Below, in pieces: positions 33,245-43,169 of a DNA stretch of 64,000 nt. Each line of letters opens with the position of its first letter. The first letter of the stretch is position 1. The notes beneath the pieces were generated by a model. That model ran no database searches and was not told the origin of the DNA. It was given only the letters and a program-made list of their open reading frames with translations. Made by a program: the position numbers and the translations under genes. The DNA lies in assembly GCA_024346625.1 (NCBI GenBank), contig AP024666.1, positions 372,001 to 436,000 on the forward strand. The letters are read 5' to 3'. The DNA comes from Williopsis jadinii. Lineage: Eukaryota.

Positions 33245-35998
33245 TCATGCGCTAAGCTTATCCTTGGTCTTGGCCAAGTACTCACGGTAACTTGGTTGGT
33301 TGGCGATTCTATCCTCAACCAATTGGGAAGATGCCCACAATCTGAAAGAGCTCACCTGTTGAGCATTGGCATCCAATGGCTCGTTGGCTGATCCCCCTCT
33401 AACGATAAACAGGTTCTCGTATATCGAGGTGTCAACACCTTCTCTGACTTTACTGATGATGTTTCTAACTCTTTGGTTGAACTCACTGTCCAGCTCGGCA
33501 AGCTCAACTTTACCAATTGGAACCTGGAAGATATCTGGAACACCAAAGACATCGCTCACCAGCTCTGGAACGGCGTCACCTCCGATCCACAAGAACAACT
33601 CGGTGGTGGTATTAATCAAATACAAACCGTATCTCTCGAAGGATTCAGCGCTAGCGTTGATGGCATCTGGTAGAACGATATCACCAGTCTCCTCGTTAGG
33701 GAAACCGGCATCATCCGCCATGTCATGAAGAGAATAGACAGTTGGGTATATGTATCTGATCAATTGTGGCAATGGCAAGGATCCTAACAAGTTCAAGGCA
33801 TTGGCTCTGTGGTCTGGTGGAACCACACCAGATCTGAAACCAATGTGCTTGGTCAATGCGTGCAACAACAAAGGCAGCATTCTCAGATTGTTTGCCAACA
33901 TCAGTGGAGATGCACCACCAACATTACCAGCAACGACTTCCTTCTTGAAAACGTTGAAGATATCGAGCATGTGTTTCGACAAGAGCTCTCTGGCGTCGTT
34001 GAACGAACCGTTATAAACCTTTTGGATGGCCTTATGAGTGAAATAATTAGTGATGGCCAATTGGTCAGCAGATGCAAACACGTCAGAAATGTTAGATGTA
34101 GTTGGAAGAGCCGCTGTGATGACTCTAATTCTTCTTTCACCATTAATGGTAGTGTGGAGAACGGCTGATTGGAAGAAGGCAAGTGGTTTCGTGAGGTTCT
34201 CGTCAATGGAAATTTCAATAACATAACTTTGATCCCTTGGGAAAGTTGGGAAAGAGCACAAATCGGATGATCTACTGAAGAAGTTACCGTAGAAAGTTTT
34301 TGTAGTCAGTCCACTCGATCCTCTGGTTCTCAAAACAGCCTCCAAGGCAATATCCTGCGTAATAACATTGGACAATTCCTTAGACAATTTGGTAACATCC
34401 TCAATACTAGTAGCAGACCAAGCTGGGTAGTAGTGGGTTTGACCGGCCGTGTATCTTGGCAAGTTCGCCAATGTTGCAACATCTTGGTAACTTGCTCCTG
34501 TAAGGAAGAACTCAACGGTAACTTGAGACTTGTTACAGTCAACAGCAAATGACTTGTAGAAGGAATCATTGGCGTTTAGAAGAGCAGATGCCTCCTTTGA
34601 AGTGTTTGCAACAGCGGAGGCATCTCTAACAGGAAGCTTACCGGTACCAACGTTTGGCAAACTAGCAGCCAGGGTGATAATCTTACCTCCAGTATTCTCA
34701 ATCAAGTTATGTGCCGATTTAAGAGCTGGACCAAGAGCAAAACCTGGGTTCAAATTGTCGCTAAACAAACTGTTCAAGTTTTCCAACAACTTTTCGATGT
34801 TCTTTCTGGCTAACGTCAAATTGACAACAAGAGACTCTGGGTATGGAGAGAATGGTTCCTCCAAGTCTGGGACAACTAAGATAGAGGTCTCACCGGATTC
34901 AGTGTCCTCTGGGATGTTGAAATAGTTCAATGAGGAATCCACGGCGATGAATCCAACTCTGGTTCTATCATCCTTGTTTGGAATTCTGTCCAAAGTCTCT
35001 AAAATGGTGGTGGCAGCGGTGGCAACCAAACCTGATCTGACAGCAGTCACTGACACGTCAATGACAAAGACATAAGCTAGTGGTTGTGGAGGTCTAATCA
35101 TATACTCCGGTGGAGCAATGAACTCAACAACCGAGTGGTTCAATTCGTTTCTTTCGTATCTGTTCACAGATCCGTACATTTCGTTATGATCGAACCCAGC
35201 AGGAACATCATTGGCGAGGGAACAGAAGTTACATCTCCATCTCTTGTTATCCTGCTGGAATTGGACATAAGGGTTAATGTAAGCACGACAACGACGACAA
35301 CGTGAGATGATCAGATCAGTAACTTCGTTGACCGGTTTGACGTCGTTCTTCAAAGTGACATACGGTCTAATGACAAGGGCAAATGGCAATCTAGTCTTTT
35401 TCAAAAGCGAGTTTGTATTTGGAATGGCATTCAAGGTCGATCTGAAAGCCTCTGATGGCGCATTGGCATCAGGAGCACCTGGAACAACAGAGGCATTTGG
35501 GGCAACAATGACTGGTGGTGGTGGTAGCGAGAGATCTGAGATTGGTGGTGGTAAATCTCTCAATAGATCTGTCTGGTAGAGCAAGTTCAAAGGCATTGAC
35601 TGAACCTCATTGGACGGAGCTGCACCATAAGCACCATTGCCAGCCGGTGGTTGATAGGCACCTCCATACGCAAGTGGCTGTGTCTGCTGGTATGGCGAGC
35701 GCTGTACCTGTGGTTGTACTTGTGGTTGTGGTTGTGGATAACCGCCCTGGTAACCCTGTGGTTGGCCACCAACGCTCATGTTGGAAAACCCGTGGGTAAC
35801 CTGCTCGAAACCAGCAGACGACACCGCTGGTGATTGAAGGCCATTGGCAGGTCCGGCCGCAGGAGTGAAGTAAGCTGGTTGGCCTGGAACTCCGCCAACA
35901 GGAGCTCCACCATACGCTGGCTGTTGGGAAACAGCAACTTGTACTGGCGCCGCAGCGGTATACTGAGCTTGTGGATATTGACGTCTCTTATGCGACAT
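33245..35998 (-). CDS. SEC24: COPII coat subunit
   Basis: Q/P-rich N-terminus, zinc finger RCRRCRAYINP...WRCNFC, trunk domain YVFVIDVS, GERRIRV, gelsolin-like C-terminus. Confidence 0.96.
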   Translation of the reverse strand: MSHKRRQYPQAQYTAAAPVQVAVSQQPAYGGAPVGGVPGQPAYFTPAAGPANGLQSPAVSSAGFEQVTHGFSNMSVGGQPQGYQGGYPQPQPQVQPQVQRSPYQQTQPLAYGGAYQPPAGNGAYGAAPSNEVQSMPLNLLYQTDLLRDLPPPISDLSLPPPPVIVAPNASVVPGAPDANAPSEAFRSTLNAIPNTNSLLKKTRLPFALVIRPYVTLKNDVKPVNEVTDLIISRCRRCRAYINPYVQFQQDNKRWRCNFCSLANDVPAGFDHNEMYGSVNRYERNELNHSVVEFIAPPEYMIRPPQPLAYVFVIDVSVTAVRSGLVATAATTILETLDRIPNKDDRTRVGFIAVDSSLNYFNIPEDTESGETSILVVPDLEEPFSPYPESLVVNLTLARKNIEKLLENLNSLFSDNLNPGFALGPALKSAHNLIENTGGKIITLAASLPNVGTGKLPVRDASAVANTSKEASALLNANDSFYKSFAVDCNKSQVTVEFFLTGASYQDVATLANLPRYTAGQTHYYPAWSATSIEDVTKLSKELSNVITQDIALEAVLRTRGSSGLTTKTFYGNFFSRSSDLCSFPTFPRDQSYVIEISIDENLTKPLAFFQSAVLHTTINGERRIRVITAALPTTSNISDVFASADQLAITNYFTHKAIQKVYNGSFNDARELLSKHMLDIFNVFKKEVVAGNVGGASPLMLANNLRMLPLLLHALTKHIGFRSGVVPPDHRANALNLLGSLPLPQLIRYIYPTVYSLHDMADDAGFPNEETGDIVLPDAINASAESFERYGLYLINTTTELFLWIGGDAVPELVSDVFGVPDIFQVPIGKVELAELDSEFNQRVRNIISKVREGVDTSIYENLFIVRGGSANEPLDANAQQVSSFRLWASSQLVEDRIANQPSYREYLAKTKDKLSA

Positions 35999-36458
35999 AG
36001 TACAGTTCTGATGAGCGTCAACAGGTTAAAACGGTGTCAATAACTTCAATTAGCCGATCCTTAGACTGTAGCGTTCTTTTGTCCCTTTGTTTTGTGTGCG
36101 GTGGTGGTGTTTTTTTTGGCCTTTCGGATTTTGATTGTTTTGATCTTCCCTTTCCACGGTGTCTTTTTGAATTTTTCCTCGAGTTTGGACAACGTCCGGA
36201 AGACTGCTTCTTTGTGGAACCGAGGGCATAGTGTCACGTGCCTCTCCCGGTTCTGTACTTCCCAGGTGGTGTTTGGGTTTTTCTCCACAGTTTCCTTTTA
36301 CCCAACAAAGCGTGTAACCACGTACAGTGGAGAATGGGTGATTATAAGGAGCGGTGCTTTGGGCGTTTCTCCCTCTTTTCCCCTTAAATTCTCCCTGGAC
36401 AGCTCAATCTCTTTGTATTTTGAGCCCGATACTACCAGCTACCGAGAGCATTGACAAC

Positions 36459-38312
36459 ATGGAAGGGCAGTACTTCAACCTATTGACACACTCCATCACG
36501 GGTGCTGCAAGGCCTTCAGTGGTAACTTTAAGAAGTGTGCTCCAAGACATAAAGAACCTCAGATTTGAGACCCGTAAGGGTAGGCCTGGGTTTATGAAGG
36601 CATTTATGACTGATCCCAGTGTGGTCTCGCACGTTGATGGTATTATCAAGCTGGAGCTGGAAACTGGTGCGCTTGATTCATTGTATGCGGACACGAGACG
36701 TGCGCAGTTGCTTGAATGGCTAGGGGATTATTACTATATTCAACTGACAAAGATATCCAACTTGGATACCAGCACTCAAAACCACCTGATACAACTTCAT
36801 GCTGCATATATTGTGTTCAGTCATATTCTACCAACCATATTCCAGGACGGGATTTGGATCAACAGAGACGCGTTTAAGCAGTTCAAAGAGAGGGCAGCTT
36901 CTCCCAAGCATCCGTTACTGTTGTTGCCCAACCACCAGTCCCATATTGACTATATTATTATTCATTTCCTATATGTACTCTCCAGTCTAGAGACACCATT
37001 GGTGATTGCTGGTGAGAATTTGAATGTTCCGATCTTTGGGCCGATACTCAAGAGATTTGGTGCCATCTTTATCAAGAGAAGATTCACTGATGCAGATTTT
37101 TGGTATAAGCCAAGTATGAAGAGACTGCTGAGCGAAAAACTAAAGTCTAATCCACAGGTCGAGCTGTTCATAGAAGGTACAAGATCTCGTAATGGTAAGC
37201 TCATGCTTCCAAAGACCGGTTTTGTTCAACTGATTCAAGAATCGCTAAACGGCCGTGACGCTTACGTCCAGCCGATATCTTTGGTTTACGAAAAGCCATA
37301 TGAGTTCCACGATTACTTAGTGGAACTTAACGGTATGGATAAGAGACAGGAGTCGTTCTCATCGATCTTAGCATCCGGTTTGAATTTGTTGGTTTTGAAG
37401 AAGTCACCAAATTTTGGGAAGCTGGTCATCAATTTTGATAACGCTTTCCTCACACTCAATGCTCAAACAAATATACAAGACTTGTGCAACATGACCATGC
37501 AAAGAATTCATCAGATTGGTTACATCACAGAAATCTCAATCGTTGGCATGGCCTTAACTACACTATTTTACCGTGACGTCCACGTTAAGAAAATATCCAA
37601 GTTAGACACATGCAGTGTCGTTAAACAGCTCACTGAACTATTAATACAGAAGACATCCACCAATGATCATCTCTTTTCCATTTTAAACATGGATGATGAG
37701 ACTCTGATGCAGACGATATCTTCTTTGCTGAGACTTTTCCTCGATAAGCACATCCTAATCACAGACGATGCATATATAATCTTGGAGGAGACCAGTCTTG
37801 TGTACTTCAAGAACTCACTGTTGAACCATTTTGTATCAGAAATGTTCCTCATTAAGACAAAGAATCACTATCCAACGTTAGATATCCTGAAACGATTGTT
37901 CAATTTTGAATTTCTAACATCCTTGATCGATGAACAGACCGAGATTCACCCTGAATACATTCCATTATTCGGTAAGCTCCTTGATCCATTCATTGAATCT
38001 TATGAGATTGTGCTCAAGAATTTAAGAGGAGTATACGCTACAAGTTTTAAAAGTTGGTTGCATCTTTTGTACGCAAGTTCACCAAATGTCACATACAAAG
38101 AAAGCATGAATAAGTCAAACTTGCTGTATGCCATATACACCTTACAGTACCTTGGCCTGGTGAAGATTACAAAAGTCAAGAATATTGAAGTTGTGGATGA
38201 GCAAGGCCTTCTGTTATTTCAAAACTACTTGCATTCTCTCAAGCTAGGACAGCCTCCTCAGCAGGAAGGCTCTGTTGCTAGAAGAGTACTACAAATTAAG
38301 TCGAAGATCTGA
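36459..38312 (+). CDS. PlsB/GPAT-DHAPAT (GNPAT)-type glycerolipid acyltransferase, 617 aa, C-terminal SKI
   Basis: LLPNHQSHIDY (HxxxxD), IAGENL, GAIFIKRRF, ELFIEGTRSRNGK, PISLVYEK; ends ...IKSKI. Confidence 0.85.
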   Translation: MEGQYFNLLTHSITGAARPSVVTLRSVLQDIKNLRFETRKGRPGFMKAFMTDPSVVSHVDGIIKLELETGALDSLYADTRRAQLLEWLGDYYYIQLTKISNLDTSTQNHLIQLHAAYIVFSHILPTIFQDGIWINRDAFKQFKERAASPKHPLLLLPNHQSHIDYIIIHFLYVLSSLETPLVIAGENLNVPIFGPILKRFGAIFIKRRFTDADFWYKPSMKRLLSEKLKSNPQVELFIEGTRSRNGKLMLPKTGFVQLIQESLNGRDAYVQPISLVYEKPYEFHDYLVELNGMDKRQESFSSILASGLNLLVLKKSPNFGKLVINFDNAFLTLNAQTNIQDLCNMTMQRIHQIGYITEISIVGMALTTLFYRDVHVKKISKLDTCSVVKQLTELLIQKTSTNDHLFSILNMDDETLMQTISSLLRLFLDKHILITDDAYIILEETSLVYFKNSLLNHFVSEMFLIKTKNHYPTLDILKRLFNFEFLTSLIDEQTEIHPEYIPLFGKLLDPFIESYEIVLKNLRGVYATSFKSWLHLLYASSPNVTYKESMNKSNLLYAIYTLQYLGLVKITKVKNIEVVDEQGLLLFQNYLHSLKLGQPPQQEGSVARRVLQIKSKI

Positions 38313-38330
38313 GGTATTCTCTGTCTTATT

Positions 38331-39698
38331 TCATTTTCTGACTGCGACGATGCTTGGAGCCCCTAACAACAATCTTTCCCTCAATGCTTGATCGAAGGCA
38401 AAGATATATAACCCTCTGACACCTCTTGTAAGTAAAACATTAAGCGAATTTAGTACAATCTTTTCTCTAACAGTTGCAACGTTGTGGATGTTCTTCTTCC
38501 GTGTGAACCCAGCATGGTCATCATAGAATTCCGGCTTGACCTTGATGCTATCTGTAAGCGGATCATACTGTAAGCTTCTTCCAAGGATTACACCAGCATA
38601 ATTCAGATCAAAGCCTTGAATTGTGTATACCGAGCCAACCTCGTCAATCGTATCCTCTCTTTCTGACCATGGAATGGTTATCTGAGGTAAGTACCGATCC
38701 CAACGCAGTTTGAACTCATCGGACTCAGAATACACGAAATAATCAGCACCATCGAGTCGATAAGGAAAGTCATACGTGGAGAGGATTCTGCATTGGCCAT
38801 ATTCAGCATTTCTTGCCTTTATCATATCGTACATCGCCTGGCACGATTCAAAGACTTTGAATTCGAACCCTCCGATTAAGGCATCTTTTATTGGCAATGG
38901 ATTTATCTTTTTATTAGTGGAGATGTCGTTGATCCATTGCAACAGATCATCCTGTGCCACGACACGAAATTGTTTCTTTAGCTGGTGAACCTGGAAATTC
39001 CTGACCCTTTCCTGTGAGAGGTAATAGGACAAGGAGGCACCATCGGCAGAGTTCACTCCCCAGTACGACCCCATTCTCAGCGACTGTTTATCGTCAAAGA
39101 CTAACACGGCAACTTTACATATCCTTAATAACTCCTCCAGATGGTTCTCCTGGTAAAATCTCTTGAACGCGTCCTTTGAAGTGGAGAGCAGATGAGCCTC
39201 ATCGATGATAAGAACATCGATGGGTCTGCCTTCGTTGGCGTACTTGTTGATTAAAGTGGTTGGTCTTTCGAGGTCCGCTTTCTTTATGAACGGGAACTGT
39301 TTGGCAATCTCACGATAGAGCTTTAGCATTTCAGGATGATTCACCACAAGATAGTTGTTTGTCTGAGAAAGTACCTCATCGTTCGTTGTTCTTGACAGCT
39401 TTTGAATCGTATTGAAGAGAGAGTTCAGTATCACAGACTTGCCAGTTCCAGCATCACCGTTGATGAGAAACACATCTGGCTTATCGTGTTCCTTTGAAGC
39501 TATAGAACGCTTAACAAAATCCAGAATTCTTATCTTCAAATCCTGTTGCTCTTCAGATAGGGCTATATGCGAAATCTTGTTCACTGCTGCTGTTGTTCCT
39601 CCTCTGCTACCTGTCGCAACACCTGATCCTCTCGTTCTCTTCGGATGCAGCACACTCGTCTGGTCAATCCCACGCTTCTGTCCAGCGTTTGAAATCAT
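38331..39698 (-). CDS. DUF2075 (Schlafen group 3-like) P-loop helicase, 455 aa
   Basis: GDAGTGKS Walker A, IIDEAHLL, VFDDKQ, LKKQFRV, EVGSVYTIQGFDLNYAGVI, NVLLTRG; first ATG (MISNAG) at 39698. Confidence 0.8.
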   Translation of the reverse strand: MISNAGQKRGIDQTSVLHPKRTRGSGVATGSRGGTTAAVNKISHIALSEEQQDLKIRILDFVKRSIASKEHDKPDVFLINGDAGTGKSVILNSLFNTIQKLSRTTNDEVLSQTNNYLVVNHPEMLKLYREIAKQFPFIKKADLERPTTLINKYANEGRPIDVLIIDEAHLLSTSKDAFKRFYQENHLEELLRICKVAVLVFDDKQSLRMGSYWGVNSADGASLSYYLSQERVRNFQVHQLKKQFRVVAQDDLLQWINDISTNKKINPLPIKDALIGGFEFKVFESCQAMYDMIKARNAEYGQCRILSTYDFPYRLDGADYFVYSESDEFKLRWDRYLPQITIPWSEREDTIDEVGSVYTIQGFDLNYAGVILGRSLQYDPLTDSIKVKPEFYDDHAGFTRKKNIHNVATVREKIVLNSLNVLLTRGVRGLYIFAFDQALRERLLLGAPSIVAVRK

Positions 39699-40319
39699 AT
39701 TTACCACAATATCCACTGGCACGACTACTTGATCAGGAACGGAATGGAAAGCTTGATAACTTTTCCATTTAGAAGAAGGAAATAAATTTATAACGAAAAG
39801 TGTGTGAGAGACAACGCGGTACACTCGACAGAAAGATGCATTGGTCTAAACTCCGCAGAGCTCAGGAAACGATGATCCGAGAATTTCTTCCTGGGCCCAC
39901 ATCTGGGAGCAATTTAAAGCAATGGAGGACAACACATACGCACTGCTTTGCAGAGATGATGCACCAATCAATTAGAGCAGCCAGGTGAGCTGGTTCCATA
40001 TACAGTGTATCTTAGATATGTTCTACTGGTAGTGGCTTACAAAGCTACATCAAGTTCGTACAAAAATACACATTTCTTATTTACCTGATACGAAATAACT
40101 AACCAGCAATCTCTCTCCTTGAGGAAACGGGCATTGCCGAAAGTGCACAACATACACAACCGTAGTCAAGACGTTTCCGAATATGGAGCAGAAGGCTAGA
40201 AAAGCGTAGGAATAGATATCTAAAGGACATACAAATAAACCAAAGAGGATAAGAGCAGCTTTTTTTTTTCTTTTAAAAGGTTGTCAAGAAAAAATAATGA
40301 CAAAAAGCTATCAAGCTCT

Positions 40320-42226
40320 TTAGAAACACTTGTGGTGGACAATAGATGGACCAGCTTCGTCGTATTCTTGCTTTGAGATCCACATCTGTTGGAAAGTGGA
40401 CAAGGAAGCCAAGATGGAACCACCAATCCAGACAGAGTACTTTCTCTCTGGTGGAGCAATGATCTTAACCTTCATGGAGGATGGGGCCAAAGCGGTGATC
40501 TCCTTTTGCATACGCTCAGCGATACCTGGGAACATAGTAGTACCACCAGACAAGACAATGTTACCGTACAACTCTCTTCTGACATCGATATCGGTCTTTG
40601 TGATGGAGTTGTAAGTGGTTTGGTCAATACCAGCAGCTTCCAAACCAATCAAAGATGGGTGGAACAAAGCCTCTGGAGCTCTGAATCTCTCGTTACCGAT
40701 GGTAATGACTTGACCATCTGGCAACTCGTAGGACTTCTCGATAGCAGAGGATTGAGCAGCAGTTTGCAACTCTTGGTCAAAGTCCAAAGCAACGTAAGCC
40801 AACTTCTCCTTGATGTCACGGACGATTTCTCTCTCGGCAGTGGTGGAGAAAGAGTAACCACGCTCGGACAAGATCTTCATCATGTAGTCAGTCAAGTCAC
40901 GACCAGCCAAGTCAATTCTCAAGATGGCGTGTGGCAAAGCGAAACCAGCGTAGATTGGAACAACGTGGGTAACACCATCACCAGAATCCAAAACGATACC
41001 AGTGGTTCTACCAGAGGAGTAAAGAGACAAGACAGCTTGAATGTTAACGTAGAAAGCTGGAACGTTGAAAGTCTCAAACATGATTTGGGTCATCTTTTCT
41101 CTGTTAGACTTTGGGTTCATTGGAGCCTCGGTCAACAAGACTGGGTGCTCTTCTGGAGCAACACGCAACTCGTTGTAGAAAGTGTGATGCCAGATCTTCT
41201 CCATGTCATCCCAGTTTGTAACGATACCGTGCTCAATTGGGTATCTCAAGGTCAAGATACCTCTCTTGGATTGAGCCTCATCACCAACATAGGAGTCCTT
41301 TTGACCCATACCAACCATGATACCTTGGTGTCTTGGTCTACCAACAATGGATGGGAAGACGGCTCTTGGAGCGTCATCACCGGCGAAACCGGCCTTACAC
41401 ATACCGGAACCGTTATCAATCACGAGCTAAAAACGGTGTTAGTAACATGGAAAATGTCAGTCTAGGGGGCAAGTATGAAAACATACGGCAGCAATTTCTT
41501 CTATAGATACGTGTGTTAGTTGTACTGATCAATCACAACTGTAAAAGATCCTTTGAATATACCACCGACACTGAATAGGAAGATCGGCTGTTTGGGTGTT
41601 GCGGAATGTTTCCTGATTCGGCAATACAAGGAGAACGAAAAAAACGAAAAGGGGAGGGGCGGAATTTCCCAGCGGGCGAAAAAGAAGGGTTAAAACCAAC
41701 GGAAACGTCTTCGTTGCACCAGAAGGGGAGATAATGTGTGATTTGTCTAATTAAATCACCCAGTGGTTTGATTCACATCTTCAATTGGTTTGTACGTTCC
41801 CCCCCCCCTCAACTCGTTTTTGAATTCCGTAGGTACGCCAAAGTAGAAAATTCCCGCTGATATCTCGTTGAAACCGAAATGTCCAGATCGCACTCTCAGG
41901 GGGACCGAGGGTGTAGACTGATTGAACAAACCTTGACTGCCAGCGCATCAGCAATGAAACAAGTGTTAAACAATATCGTCTACACCAGTGGAATTGATAC
42001 ATTCCTTGCCTAATTCCCCCCGTCCTGTCTTTTTCTGGAGATCAATTGATTTGATCTATCCTCATAACCCTCGTGTCTGCCAACAGAACTCCCCTTCCCT
42101 TTGCGTCTTTTTTGCCATCAAGCGCAACCGAAGCCAGGCCACAGCACCATTGAGCTGGGCTTCCATCCATAGACATGTGGTATATTCGAAGCAATCACTT
42201 GGGTGTGTCTACTTACCTCCGTCCAT
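40320..42226 (-). CDS. ACT1: Actin, 376 aa, 3 exons (42217-42226, 41487-41500, 40320-41426)
   Basis: Canonical actin. Intron 1 at 41501-42216 (GTAAGT...AACTAAC...TAG) and intron 2 at 41427-41486 (GTATGT...TACTAAC...TAG) give [16 protein letters not shown]. Confidence 0.97.
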
Positions 42227-42936
42227 TTTATGTTGTTTTGTCTATATGTTTCTGTTCTTGTTTGGATTAGTTTCCTCCCGAGATGTGCTGGCAAAAAGGA
42301 AGGGGAAAAAGAGAGAAGAAATTTGGGAAAGGCGAAGCTTTGTCGATTTCCTCTGATTCTCTCCGAAACCGGTACCCGCACGCAGACACTTCACTTTCTC
42401 TGCCTTGTTCCATCTGGTGCGACTCGCCTGTGTTCAACGGAGCTGTGGTTGGTCTTCAATGGTCGGTATATATTGAGCGTGGTGCTTGGCCACCGTTCAC
42501 CTTGCTGTGAGTAGTAGAGCTTACACAGTTGTAGGTATAATACACCGGTGTGGAGCGCTGGATGGCGAGCCATCGTCGGTGGATCTAGGCTACGCCCGTT
42601 CTGCGGTGAATCGGCTTTACTACCTCACAGGAGCTTGGATATAAACACGAACCAAGGGTTGAGGGGAGAATCCGTACAACCCTCGTGTCAAATAATACAT
42701 CTACCAGCCATACCTCTACAGACCATCACCTCTTGAGTCAGAAACTACACCCACCTCACAGATACAGTAAGACGTATAACGCACACCCTCAAAGTGGAAT
42801 GCCGCACTAATCAACGCCGTTACCCTACTGCCATGCGTCTCAAAATCCCGTGTTTTCTTTTGCAAAACCAAGGGGAATTCCTATCGCGACGCGTCAGCCT
42901 GTGAGTTTTGCCTCGAATGCCCACGAGAACTTCGCT

Positions 42937-42968
42937 CCACAACGGGTTTCCCACAACGGGTTTCCCAC
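42937..42968 (+). repeat. 14-bp tandem repeat (CCACAACGGGTTTC x2 + CCAC) in the ACT1/IOC3 divergent promoter
   Basis: Read directly; an MCB-like ACGCGT lies at 42889-42894. Confidence 0.8.
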
Positions 42969-43169
42969 GCCAGCTGTTTGTTGATAAAATTACAAACCTG
43001 TTGTGGGCTGAAGTAGCACAATTTTGGCCAATGGAATCCACGCGCTTTTGAAGTACAACAACAAAACTTCCAAGCCAACAACGAAAAGAAGATAAAACTT
43101 TTTAGATACCATCGCCTTATACACACAAAGCCGCCAACTAAACTGCTAGGACGTATAGACTGAAAGGTT

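Noticed and set aside
36233..36240. GTCACGTG as centromere CDEI
   Set aside because: No adjacent AT-rich CDEII or CDEIII; more likely a Cbf1/bHLH promoter site.
40389..41465. Long antisense ORFs over ACT1 (also 47824-48489, 16468-17151, 56537-57058)
   Set aside because: Shadow frames expected opposite conserved, codon-biased genes; no recognisable protein features.
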